Shown: positions 37,571 through 49,220 of the stretch, piece after piece
Layout: the number at the start of each line of letters is the position of its first letter
How positions within the stretch are numbered: position 1 is the first letter of the stretch
DNA from: Octopus sinensis
Lineage: Eukaryota
Length of the DNA: 64,000 nt
Direction of reading: 5' to 3'
NCBI RefSeq assembly: GCF_006345805.1
Contig: NC_043009.1
Location: forward strand, 50,096,001 to 50,160,000
The notes under the pieces: model-generated
What the model saw: the letters and a program-made list of their open reading frames with translations, nothing else
What the model was told of the DNA's origin: nothing
Database searches by the model: none
Position numbers and translations under genes: made by a program

Positions 37571-39293
37571 CAACTTCATAGACAGCAGGCTACACATTTT
37601 TTAATAGGTGATTAGATCCTTGTTGTCATACTTATTTTATTGACCTCACAATGATGAAAGTCTTAGTCTTATTTCAGCAGGATTTGATCTCAGGAGGTAA
37701 AAGGATATTGCTGAATAGGACAAAATAATTTATCCATCAATGTATCATTTCTACTAATCCCCAAATAAATAATGAGAAGAGTGTCACTGAGATCCATTTA
37801 CAGTTACTGTCTTTTAGCATAGTCAATCATATATTTCAATTAAAAGTACACTACCACAAACTTTAATGGAATCAATTTACAAGGGAAATAAATCCTATTC
37901 TTCCTCATTATCATCATCATTAATAACATTACCAAGAGCTACAAAAAAAACCCAAAAAACAGCAACATAAAAAAAACAAAATTAAATTGAAAATTACAAA
38001 TAAAAAAGAGAGAGTTACTTAATTTACAGCCTCTCACACATTAGCAAATGCACATACACATATAGATTTAAATACATGCTCATACACTTTTCTAGTTTAA
38101 CTGAAATACACTCAAACTCTTCACAAATACTACAACAACCAAGAAAAAGAATGCTGCAATTATATCCTGGTATTTCTTAAACCAGTGCTTACACACCTCC
38201 ACTTCTCACTCCTTGCCCCATTCCCTAGGAAAAAAAAAATTGAGTTGGAATCATGAAGAAAGGAAAGCTACTTGCCAACTCTACCTTGCCCACCCCCTTA
38301 AAAATCACACAGCTATCATACTCGAATTTTTGTTTTCAAATTATATTTATCAAACTTTTCTTTTACATGTAAAAAGAAAACAAAGGAAGGTTAACTGTGC
38401 TTGATGTGTCCGTTCTACTCAAAGAAAAAGAGAGAGCAGAAGAGTAATAGCATAAACATAACACAATTACAGAATGATTATAAAAAAAACAACATAAAAA
38501 CAATGCTTGTATCATATTAAAAAATATATAAAATCAATATTACAAAATTGTACAAAAAAAAGAAAAAAATATGCAAAGTGTGTATGGTCAAGTGCAGCTG
38601 GCATCTTTCAAATGTGCATTGCCATCAAGTGAGGTGTATTATTATAGAAGACAGTATTGCTTAATGACAAAAAAAGTGCTGCAACGCGGTGTTTGTTCAA
38701 TTATCTAAAGGAAGTTTTCCCACAGCAACCAATTTGTCCAAAACAAACCTCTCTAGGGTGTGGGATTGGACAGTACACGAGATAAAAGTCACTTCAACAT
38801 TAACAACAACAATGAAGTTTAAGAAAATTTTTAGTGAAAAAAAAAATTAGAGAAAAATGACAAATTTTTCAAAGAAACTTATGATTCATTGCAACAACAA
38901 CAACAACAACAATAATGATAATAATGATGATGATGATAATAATAATAAATGAGGAGATAAAAAGAGAAACATTGACAAAAAGGTAAAAAGAAAAAAAACA
39001 GGTGACACTGTTTCTTCAGGTCTTTGATGAGAAGATTAAGGATAGTTAGAAGGTTGAAGGAGATGTCCCTAAAAGTTGCAATCTTAAATTGGCCATGATT
39101 CCTTATAACCAATAATAGTTGACAATGGAGTAAATCAACAGACATTGCAAAATGGGAAGTGGAAAGAGCAAAACAGAAGAACCAGACAAGAGAGAGAGGG
39201 AGAGAGAGAGGGGGGGGGGAAAGAATGAATGAGAGATTATCAATCAACAGAAGAGAATGCAGCAGGTGAAGACAAGGATAAAAGGTTGGAAAT

Positions 39294-39352
<59 letters not shown>

Positions 39353-40877
39353 TACATGCGTGCATGGAAACAAAAGGATGCAAGCAATAACGAGTAAACC
39401 TACAATCATCAGAAGGAGCTTCCTGATTGCTACATACTCCTTAGAATTTGATATTTAGTTAATTATGGGCTAATACAAGGAGAAGATTCGATCCTGGCAT
39501 TCAAAAACCATCAGACTATTGGAGGTTGGAAACTAGAAAGTCCAATTCTCTAACAGAAATGAGTTAAAACCTCCATCTTTTTTTATCTCTATCTATCAAT
39601 TTCACTACCAGAAAGAAGTGGAGTGTGACATGTTTAGTGCTTTATGGAGGGAACAGCACAGCAACAGAAATGGGATACAAACTTCACAACTCTTTGGCTG
39701 AAAGGACTAACACTTTGTCTATTCAGCCACTGAAATTGTTCAGGTAATTGTATAAATCAATATTACTACATATATAGATCCCAATATCTTCAACTAAAGC
39801 ATCATGTAAAAATACAATAAAAAGAAGGAAATAAAAATGAAATGAAAGAGTCTATAGAAAAGGTATGTGTGAATACAATAATTGGAAGTGTGTTATAGTG
39901 TATTAAAGTTCACAGTTGCAGCTAAGTCTTATATTGTGCTTCGCAACTGTTCTTCCGCCCTCGAAAATGTTCTATATACAACTTCCTTTAAACACCGAGC
40001 TCTAAGCAGCCATGTTTAGACACAATAAATACATTTGATTGGTAAACATGTAGCCTGAATAAAAACAGAACAATAAAATGAAATGAAATAAATAGCAAAA
40101 AGCAGAAAAGAAAAGAAAAACATGGCAAGAAATCTTGCATAATTCTTTGTTCGGATGACAATTCAGTGTGTTTCAGTGAAAATTATTCAGTCTTTAATTC
40201 TGAATGATCTATTGAGAAATACGAATGGTGGTTGACTTTGAAAAGGATGGAGAGAATGATATTGTCGGTAGAGGAGGTTATGTGAGAGTCAAAACCGGAA
40301 AGAAAAATCAAGATATATCACACACACACAAACATATATTCTGCGGCAAAGATGTTGAAACAGAGTAGTTTAAGGTGTACAAAAACAGAGAGAAGGAAAT
40401 AGAAAGACAGAGAAAGATGAGTTGAGATGAGATAGAAACATAGAGAATGGAGAGCAAAAAAGAAAAATCTTCTGAAATTGTCATATAGTAATCTGTGACC
40501 AATATGAAAGATTCCAACAGCCATGTATTAAGTTTTATCAATCTCAAAAATATACAGTAAAGAATTCTTGTAGAAAATGAGGGAACAAGAAGCAGTGACA
40601 ATCATCCTTTCTCAAGGACAGTGACACAACTAAAACAAATATTGCTTCAGCTAGAAATCAAAAACCAAGTTTCAAAGGAGTCAGATCACGGAAAACATGT
40701 TGCATCATCATCATCATCAACATCATCATCGTTGACATCATCATCATCAACAACAACAACATCTATGTAAAAATACTACATAAAAATACGCGAGCAATTA
40801 AATCTGCCGGGAACAGATGGAACGGATAGTTTTCTTTCTAATGAAAGGTGAAGAAAGATGAATGAATGTACAAAATA

Positions 40878-41311
40878 ACAACAAAACCCCCCCCCCCAAA
40901 AAAAAAAACAAATTACAACGGCAATTGATTCTTTAAAAAACATTACCATGAAGATATTTCAAGTTCAATTACTGAGACATACCAAGTGAAAAAAAATGAT
41001 AGTGACAATGATAATGATGATGATGATGAACTTACAAGCAAACAGTATGGATTAAGTTAAATTTAGGAGTCACAACAAAATTTATAAAACAACAAAAAAA
41101 AAACCCCCAAAAAAAAAAACAAATTACAACGGCAATTGATTCTTTAAAAAACATTACCATGAAGATATTTCAAGTTCAATTACTGAGACATACCAAGTGA
41201 AAAAAAATGATAGTGACAATGATAATGATGATGATGATGAACTTACAAGCAAACAGTATGGATTAAGTTAAATTTAGGAGTCACAACAAAATTTATAAAA
41301 CAACAAAAAAA
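40878..41311. repeat. Near-perfect 211-bp tandem duplication of non-transposon sequence
   Basis: AATTACAACG at 40911 and 41122; copies differ mainly in C/A homopolymer length (C11 vs C5). Confidence 0.95.
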
Positions 41312-41811
41312 TCAGATTGGTCTACAAATCTGAACACTGTCGTATTTGTAAGAAAGACTGGGCGCAAGAAAAGTAATGAAAATTGATTTGGTAATCAAAG
41401 CTATCAATAAAGATATGGTTTAAAGCAGAATGAAACTATTTCATTAGTTGACAATGGAAACCTGTTTTTGCTGCTGCTGTTTAGCCCTAGGTTTAGCTCT
41501 GACCAACCAGACCTATGATCAAAGATATTCCAGCTATGTCCATCGTATTCCTCTTTTTTTTTTTTTCAAAAAACAAAATGATCTGGTTTGTTTTAACGGT
41601 GCTTTGCTGCTATATCTAGTAGATTGAAAGACTAAGGAGAGGCTCTGTTTTTTTTTTTTTTAGTTTGGTAATGGGAGATTTTCACAGTAGAAGCAAATGG
41701 GAATTTGCAGAAAAGACTTAATCATAAAACTGCAGTGGACATCATGGGGAGGAGAGAGAAAAGGAAAAACACAGAAAATGTTTGTTGTATTGCGAATCTG
41801 TCTAAATCACA

Positions 41812-42147
41812 CTAACATGGAAGAAATGATGTAAAACTGATAATGATTACGATGGTAGTGGTGGTGGTGGTGGTGGGGGCAGTAGCAGTGAAGGCGGAGA
41901 TGGTATTGGCAGCGCTTGTGACAGTGGTGGTTGTGGTGGTGGTAATTGTGGCAGAGTTGACTGCGACCTTGGTGTTTATGGTGATTGCGGTAGTGGTAGC
42001 GGTGGTGGTGGAGGTTGTTGTTGTGATGATGGTGGTAGTGGTGGCAGTGGTGGTGGAGGTTGTTGTTGTGATGATGGTGGTAGTGGTGGCAGTTGTTGTT
42101 GTGATGATGGTGATAGTGGTGGAGTTTGTTGTGATCGTAGTGGTCAT
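41812..42147 (-). repeat. Cryptic (ACC/ATC/AAC)n repeat with a 45-bp subunit; Thr-rich 111-aa ORF
   Basis: TTTTIITTTTSTTTA repeated ~2.5 times; coding status unsupported. Confidence 0.7.
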
Positions 42148-43269
42148 AAGGAAATGGAAGAAGAAGGAGAAGAAAAACGAGAAAAGAGTGAGTGAGGAGA
42201 AGAATAAAAGAAGAAAAAGAATATTTCATGTCAACCTTGGTCCTTAGAATTAAATTTTAGATAAGGTTATCTCCAAGTAATAGAACTTTTTTTTCTTAAG
42301 GTGGAAATGTAAGGGCATATGTGTATGCATGCGTGCATACATCTGTGTATGAATTAAAGAGATATTGTTTCAACAAGGAAATAGAGGAAGAGTTGCCATG
42401 TTTGTCTGAGAAAAGGTGAAATTGCTTAAGCAGGAGATTTATCATAAGAAGTCATTTTTGATTGAGTTTGATTGAAAACCTAGATATTGGCTGTACTATC
42501 AATATAAGTAGAAGACAGTGGAAGAGGAACACTGAAAGAAGCAGAGGGTAACATATAGGGAAAGAGAGAGCTGGAAAAGGAGAGAGATGGAAAAGGAGAG
42601 AAAGTGAAAGTAGGAAAAGAGTACTTAGTGTTAAATCAAGAGATCTTCATGATGGCCCTTTATACCACCTAGCAAAATCTCTTCCTCTACCTCATCCATT
42701 AGATTCAGGGTCTACAGTATCCACCATCACCATCACCATCACCACAACCACCACTACCAGCTGCCCAATGAATAACAGGACGTCACATGATGATTTAGAA
42801 TCATTTCTGTTCAGACAGCTGATAGTGTCTAAATGTTATTAATCATAGACACTGGCCTTATTTAGTGATTACAAGACAACCGATAGACATGTAATATATC
42901 AGCTCCAGTTACGATGACTTATTACAATAAAGTTTTGATTTTTACTCTTCTATAGTCTTACACACAAACATATACACAGCATATAATAGTATGCATAAAA
43001 ACATGCCACATATGCTTGTGTACATATTAAGAAGGTGTAATAACTGGAGACACATCACACACACACATGCAGGCATGCACACATACGTAAACAAACAAAC
43101 ACACTTACATTTATGCAGTAAAACTAATGGTATCCAAACAAAGCTTTTACATACACATGACGATAACAAACTACTTGAATACATGCATATTCTATAAAAA
43201 TAGCATGTAGTTTAATAACATCTGAATAGAGCCACTACATGCTGACATCCAAGAGAACAAGAGATTAGC

Positions 43270-43560
43270 AAAGAGGTCGATAAATTAAGTACCAGTTATG
43301 AACTGGAGCCGATATAATCGATTTAATCCGTTTGTCTGTCCTTGTTTGTCTCCTCTGTGTTTAGCCCCTTGTGGGTAGTAAAGAAATAGGTATTTCGTCT
43401 GCCGTTACGTTCTGAGTTCGAATTCTGCCAAGGTCGACTTTGCCTTTCATCCTTTCGGGGGCGATAAATTAAGTACCAGTTATGCATTGGGGTCGATGTA
43501 ATCGATTTAATCCGTTTGTCTGTCCTCTCTGTGTTTAGCCCCTTGTGGGTAATAAAGAAA
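43270..43560 (+). mobile_element. Head-to-tail tandem of two partial family C SINE units
   Basis: ...GTAAAGAAATAGG|TATTTCGTCTGCCGTTACG junction at ~43390; both units end GCCCCTTGTGGGTARTAAAGAAATA. Confidence 0.85.
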
Positions 43561-43604
43561 TATATTTCTTATATTTGCAAAGAAATCTAAAACAGGAGAA
43601 CCTG

Positions 43605-44022
43605 TTACTCTTTACTCTTTCTCTTTTACTTGTTTCAGTCATTTGACTGCGGCCATGCTGCCTTTAGTTGAGCAAATCGACACCGGGACTTATTCTTTGT
43701 AAGCCTAGTACTTATTCTATCGGTCTCTTTTGCCGAACTGCTAGGTGACGGGGACGTAAACACACCAGCATCGGTTGTCAAACAATGCTAGGGGGACAAA
43801 CACAGACACACAAACATATACACACACATACATATACATATATATATATACATATATACGACAGGCTTCTTTCAGTTTCCGTCTACCAAATCCACTCACA
43901 AGGCATTGGTCGGCCCGAGGCTATAGTAGAAGACACTTGCCCAAGATGCCACGCAGTGGGACTGAACCTGAAACCATGTGGTCGGTAAGCAAGCTACTTA
44001 CCACACAGCCACTCCTGCGCCT
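43605..44022 (-). mobile_element. Young full-length SINE family A
   Basis: Reverse-complement match to 24555-24966. Confidence 0.92.
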
Positions 44023-46233
44023 ATTAACTCCTGCTAATTTTAAAAAATTTTCTTTCTCTCCATTGAGAGAAGAAAGTGCAGCATTGATGATATTTTCAAA
44101 GCTCTGATTCCGGTAGAAGAAAGTAATCTTCAAACCAGAAACCTGGTTCAAATACTTGCAATGGAGTGGACATCACTAAAGACACCCAAAGAGATTCTTC
44201 ATAGTTTTCATGCACCAAATTTAATGCACAAGACTTTGATCAACCTGAAGCTATGAAAAAAGACAATTATTCAAGGTTCCACATCATGAGATTGAACCCA
44301 AAGCCATTGCAGTTGCAAAGTGAAATTCATAACCACACAACCGTTACTGATATTGAACTATGTCAATCAACAGAAAATGAAAAAGAGAGAAAAAGAAGTT
44401 ATAATCAAGACATCCTTCTAAAGAAGCCTCGCATATTCTGTTTTTATCATTATACTTGACATATCTATAGAAATGGTAACATTATTAAAGCATGAAATAT
44501 GGCACCTGAAGTGGATGAAGTACAAAATGATTGAAATGATACGATACAAATTTGAAGAAAAATACATAAATAAATCAATAATAATAACAATTCTAGCATA
44601 AAAATGAAACCTGTGCAAAAGTATAAGAGTGAAATTTTCAGAAATGGGGAAATATCAAAATAAAAACATTGACCTAAACTGTAGTTAAATTATGAGTTTA
44701 TTTGATTTCTATCTGAAATTTTTTTATAACTTTTAGTTTATTACTTTTATTTGTATGACTTATTTAATTTTCTTATTTGTATGTCTTTCAGTTAAACTTT
44801 GGAAAACTTATAATCAGAAGGACATTATTCTAGGAAGTTTGAAAGAAAAAAAAAGTTACCATGAATTTTACTTAAATAATTTCATAAGCTATAAGTAAAT
44901 GTAAACATTTTGAAGTGTCTCATAAGAGGAGCATGAAAGTTGAAAGAAAAATATATCATTTATAAAAGAATTATTGCCCCAATATCACTCTACTGATACA
45001 CTGGGCTAAGTTCTGAGAGGTAGAGAGAAAATAAAGTAATGAGAGAGAGAGAGAAAGAGAAATGAAGAGGAAAAGAGAGAGTGAATTTGTGTGTAGAAAT
45101 GTATATAAATGCAAGGATACCTTACAATCAAACAACTCTTCTGTTGTATGATGCTCAAAGCAAGTGGTATGAAAAGAATTAAAAATGAAATAAATTCTGA
45201 AGCAAAACCAAACTTCTTCCAAAATTTGCTTAGAAAATGAATAACAAAACAAATAATAAGGTGTATATAAGAATTAGAATAGACAAATTATATTCTTCTT
45301 TTAAAAGTTTGCTAAAAAAATAAAAATGGTATTGAAATTTTCATAAAGGCAAATTTAACTTTTTAATAGGATGCGTATGAAAGATTTTCAAATCTTTCTT
45401 TAGAAAAATATATACACACACAAACACACACACACACATACCTACATAATGTATTTATACACATTTATGTTTGTGTTTGTGTATATAAGTGTGTGTGCAT
45501 GTGTGTGTGTGTGTGTGTGTGTATACACATGTGTGCACATGTTTCTATAAATAGGTTGATAGAGATATAAAAGAACTGTATATTCCTAGCTGTTTAATTC
45601 AGCAATAAGAATCTTTGACGTAGAGTAGTAGCCAAATACAAGGTTAAGTACACAGAGGAATTACAAGTTATGCATATACAGAATCTCGTTTCATACTGTC
45701 ACTATCATTTCAATGCCTTAATAACATTTCTATTACTAACATTGCCTTGTTTTGTGAGAATGGGAGATTTTCTAGATGTTCTTTCTTCTCATTTAACAAG
45801 TTGACTCTTTATGACACACATGAAAAAAAAAGGGAACAGAGAAGTAGAAGCAGATTTAGTATTCCCCAAATGGATTTGTTGCTATGGCACTCGACAAGGG
45901 CCCAGATGGGTTCCCCATTAAATAGTCACAGTTCTATGGCTTTTACTGCTGAATTTCAGAACAGAAGTTTTTGCATGTATCTACGTGTATGTATATATGT
46001 GAAGCTTAACCAACAGAAATCTCTTCACTCATGGAACAATACTTGTTGGTACTGCCTCTGGGAATCTTTCTACTGAGTTAGGTTCGATTCAAATTCCATA
46101 AGAAGAGAGCAATACCAAAATTAGTAAAAGAATGAGTATTTGTGCACATGTATAGTTTGTGTTATGTTTGTTCAGTAGTATATGCTTTGACTGTAGATGA
46201 ACATATTAGATACTCAAATAGGCATTAGACACT

Positions 46234-46463
46234 TTAACCCTTTCGTTACTAACCCGGCTGAAACCGGCTCTGGCTCTGTTGTACAAATGTCTTGTTTTCA
46301 TAAGTTTTGAATTAAAATCTTCCACCAAACCTTAGTCACAATTTATGTTCCTAACACTAGCTGAATGATAACTAAGTTATTTTACTAAAGTCTTTGTTAT
46401 ATTTAAAATTAATTGAAAGAAATACAGAGCATCTCAAAATAAATACAGTAACGAAAGTGTTAA
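46234..46463 (-). mobile_element. piggyBac-like MITE P1 (opposite orientation)
   Basis: TTAA-CCCTTTCGTTAC ... GTAACGAAAGTG-TTAA; reverse complement of 20273-20500. Confidence 0.9.
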
Positions 46464-47859
46464 TATATATACATTTTAGAATATGTGTGTATATCAAAAT
46501 TGTGTGTACATGTATATTGGAGTATGTGTGTGTATGTACATTGAAACGTGTGTGAACACAGATTACAGCATTTAAGCATTGTGTTAGAGCATGTATGTGT
46601 ATGTTGCGAAATCTGTAAAAGTGTATGTGTATTAAGTTAGAACATGTGTATATTGAAATGTGTGTATATTTGGGAACATATGTGTGTACACGTATGTGGG
46701 AATGTATTGGAGTGTGTTCCTGAATACAAATAACTTATGTGTTCAAGAGAGCCCTCTTCATGCATGTGAGTATATTTGCACAGCCTGTATTTGTGGACAT
46801 ACATGAATACTTGTGTGAGTGTGCATGTACAACTGTGCATTAACATGTTCACACATGTGTGTCCACATGTGTATTAGTGTGTGCATGTGTGTTTGTGTGT
46901 GTACATGTATGTGTGTAGACTTGTATATTTGCAGCTGCAAATATATATGTGAGTGTGTGATCCTGCCAGTGTATCTATGTGTGCGCACATGTGAGTTTTG
47001 TGTGCGCATATGTTTGCGCATGCAGGCGAATTGTGTTTGCATTTATTAGTGTGCACGGCTGAGAAACAACAGCAGAGATTAAACGTTTCAACTGAGCCTA
47101 TTAATTGTAGCAAGTTATAAAACGACCAAGGTGACTTTATGTTGAGGAGTCATGTCTGTTGTGAAGGCATGACGTGGATGGCAAGAATCAGTAGATCAAC
47201 TTGAACAGACCGACAGGAAGTGGCCCCTATCATCTCTTCCTCAGCTTCCTGTCTATTTCACCATGAAGAGCCATAAATTTTCTTCATATCGTTAACAATC
47301 TTTTAATGTCATTAATAACCTTCTAGTTTTGATGTCACAGTCTATCTATCACATTTCAGTTTCCAGTGGTGCAGCCAGTAGAACAATTGTTCAATTCACT
47401 TCATCAAAGCTGCAGCAGGTTTAAGTACCATAGACAGTTTGAAATCATTGCTGTTTGGTACCACAACCAGCAAGTTCAATTCCAATTGTCAGCAGATGAT
47501 GTTCACACAGTGCTGAGTCCAGTTTTATGATTGATCCAAAGTAATTTATTCATTACAGAAGACTACAGAGTTGTGAATTGTATGCATAGTGTGCAGTGTA
47601 GGTATAAATGTCAAAAGTTTTTAACATTGCTACAGAAATATAAACTTCGATTTGGGCCATTTAAATCAAGAATTTAAATCTGTAGTTTAAAATTAATTAC
47701 TATTTCAGAAATGATCTTATATTGTTGATGTAAACATTTTAGTATTGTTCACTAGTATATTACTGGTATCTATTGTATCATCTCAGAAAGATGAAAAACA
47801 GAAATTAAAGAAATCAGTTATTAAACTTAATACAAGGAATGGGACAATATATTGGTTTC

Positions 47860-48370
47860 AAATTTTGGCACAAGGCCAGCAATTTTGGGAGATGTGGTGA
47901 GTCAATTACATCGACCCCAATGCTCAACTGCTACTTATTTCATTAACCCCGCCCCACCCCAAAAAAAGGCAAAGTTAACCTTGGCAGAATTTGAAGTCAG
48001 ATTGTAAAGACGGACAAAATGCTGCTATGCATTTTGCCCATCATGGTAATGATTCTGCCAGCTTGCAGCCTTTAAGAATGGGACAATGTATTGAAAATAA
48101 TTCAGTGTACCTTGTCATCATTATTGTCAACTCACTGCCATAGAAATAATAACAATGGTTTCTTATATCGGTGCAAGACTAGTAATTTTGAGGAGAAGAG
48201 GTTAGTCAATAGCATTCACTCTAGTACTTAACTAGTACTATATTTTGTTTATCTGGTAGAATGTAAAGCAAAATTGACCTTGGTAGGGTTTGAACTCCAA
48301 ACATAAGAGGTTGAAACAAACCTCAAGGCACTGCATTTTTATGATGCTCTAATGATTCTGCCAGTTCAGT
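47860..48370 (-). mobile_element. Two older family C-related SINE copies
   Basis: GATTCTGCCAG head ends at ~48055-48065 and ~48355-48365; GGCAAAGTTAACC/ATTTGAA and CAAGGCCAGCAATTTT motifs. Confidence 0.7.
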
Positions 48371-48793
48371 GATATAAATATGACTATAACAACAACAACA
48401 ATAATTATGCATGAAAAATAATTGCAATGACAACATTAGCAATAAAACTGTGATAGGAGAATTGATTATGATAGAAATAGAGAAACAGTTCAAGTAGAAG
48501 TAGATTAATAATAGCAGCAGTAGTCAAAGCAACCAGTGATGGTCATGTTGACAAAAAGAAGTACTTGTAGCAGCTTTATGATCAACAACAACAATTGGAA
48601 ACTATGTGAAAGTCTCTATGCTCTTACAATAGGCATAAGCTAACATAACAGCTAAATCTGCCATAAATCACACTATACTGTCTTAAAAAAGAATTCTACA
48701 GAGACACTGGACAGGTGTAATTCTAGATATACAAGTAAAATGAATGGTAGCAACTGATAACACCTTGGATCCTAGATCTGTTGAAAGATTTCT

Positions 48794-49220
48794 TTAACCC
48801 TTTAGCATTGAGATTACTTTGTCAAATGTAATAACTATTTGTCAAATGTAATGCTTATTTATTTTGAATTAATCATGCAATAATCTCATATCTTCAAGAT
48901 TTTGAGGATGTGTTTGTTTATTTTTAGAATAACATTTTAGGGTAGGTGTAAGAGGCTGGACCTGGCTAGTTTGAACATCATCATCATCATCATCATCATT
49001 TAGCGTCCGTTTTCCATGCTAGCATGGGTTGGACGGTTCAACTGGGGTCTGTGAAGCCAGAAGGCTGCATCAGGCCCAGTCTGATCTGGCAGTGTTTCTA
49101 CGGCTGGATGCCCTTCCTAACGCCAACCACTCCGCGAGTGTAGTGGGTGCTTTTTACGTGCCACCCGCACAGGTAAAATATTTGGGCCTGATAGGGCTGG
49201 TTTAAATGCTGAAGAGTTAA
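48794..49220 (+). mobile_element. piggyBac-like MITE P2 interrupted by a family B SINE
   Basis: TTAA-CCCTTTAGCAT ... ATGCTGAAGAG-TTAA; body matches the host part of 28804-29678. Confidence 0.85.
48976..49170 (-). mobile_element. Young 5'-truncated family B SINE
   Basis: (CAT)n tail, CpGs retained, near-identical to 1638-1808 and 28378-28560. Confidence 0.88.

Noticed and set aside
1467-46900. Dozens of Y/I/C/V/H/T-rich ORFs in the supplied track (e.g. 5555-6148, 7279-8259, 12847-13245, 31589-32285)
   Set aside because: They are translations of (TA)n, (TG)n and (TATG)n microsatellites, which lack stop codons in several frames
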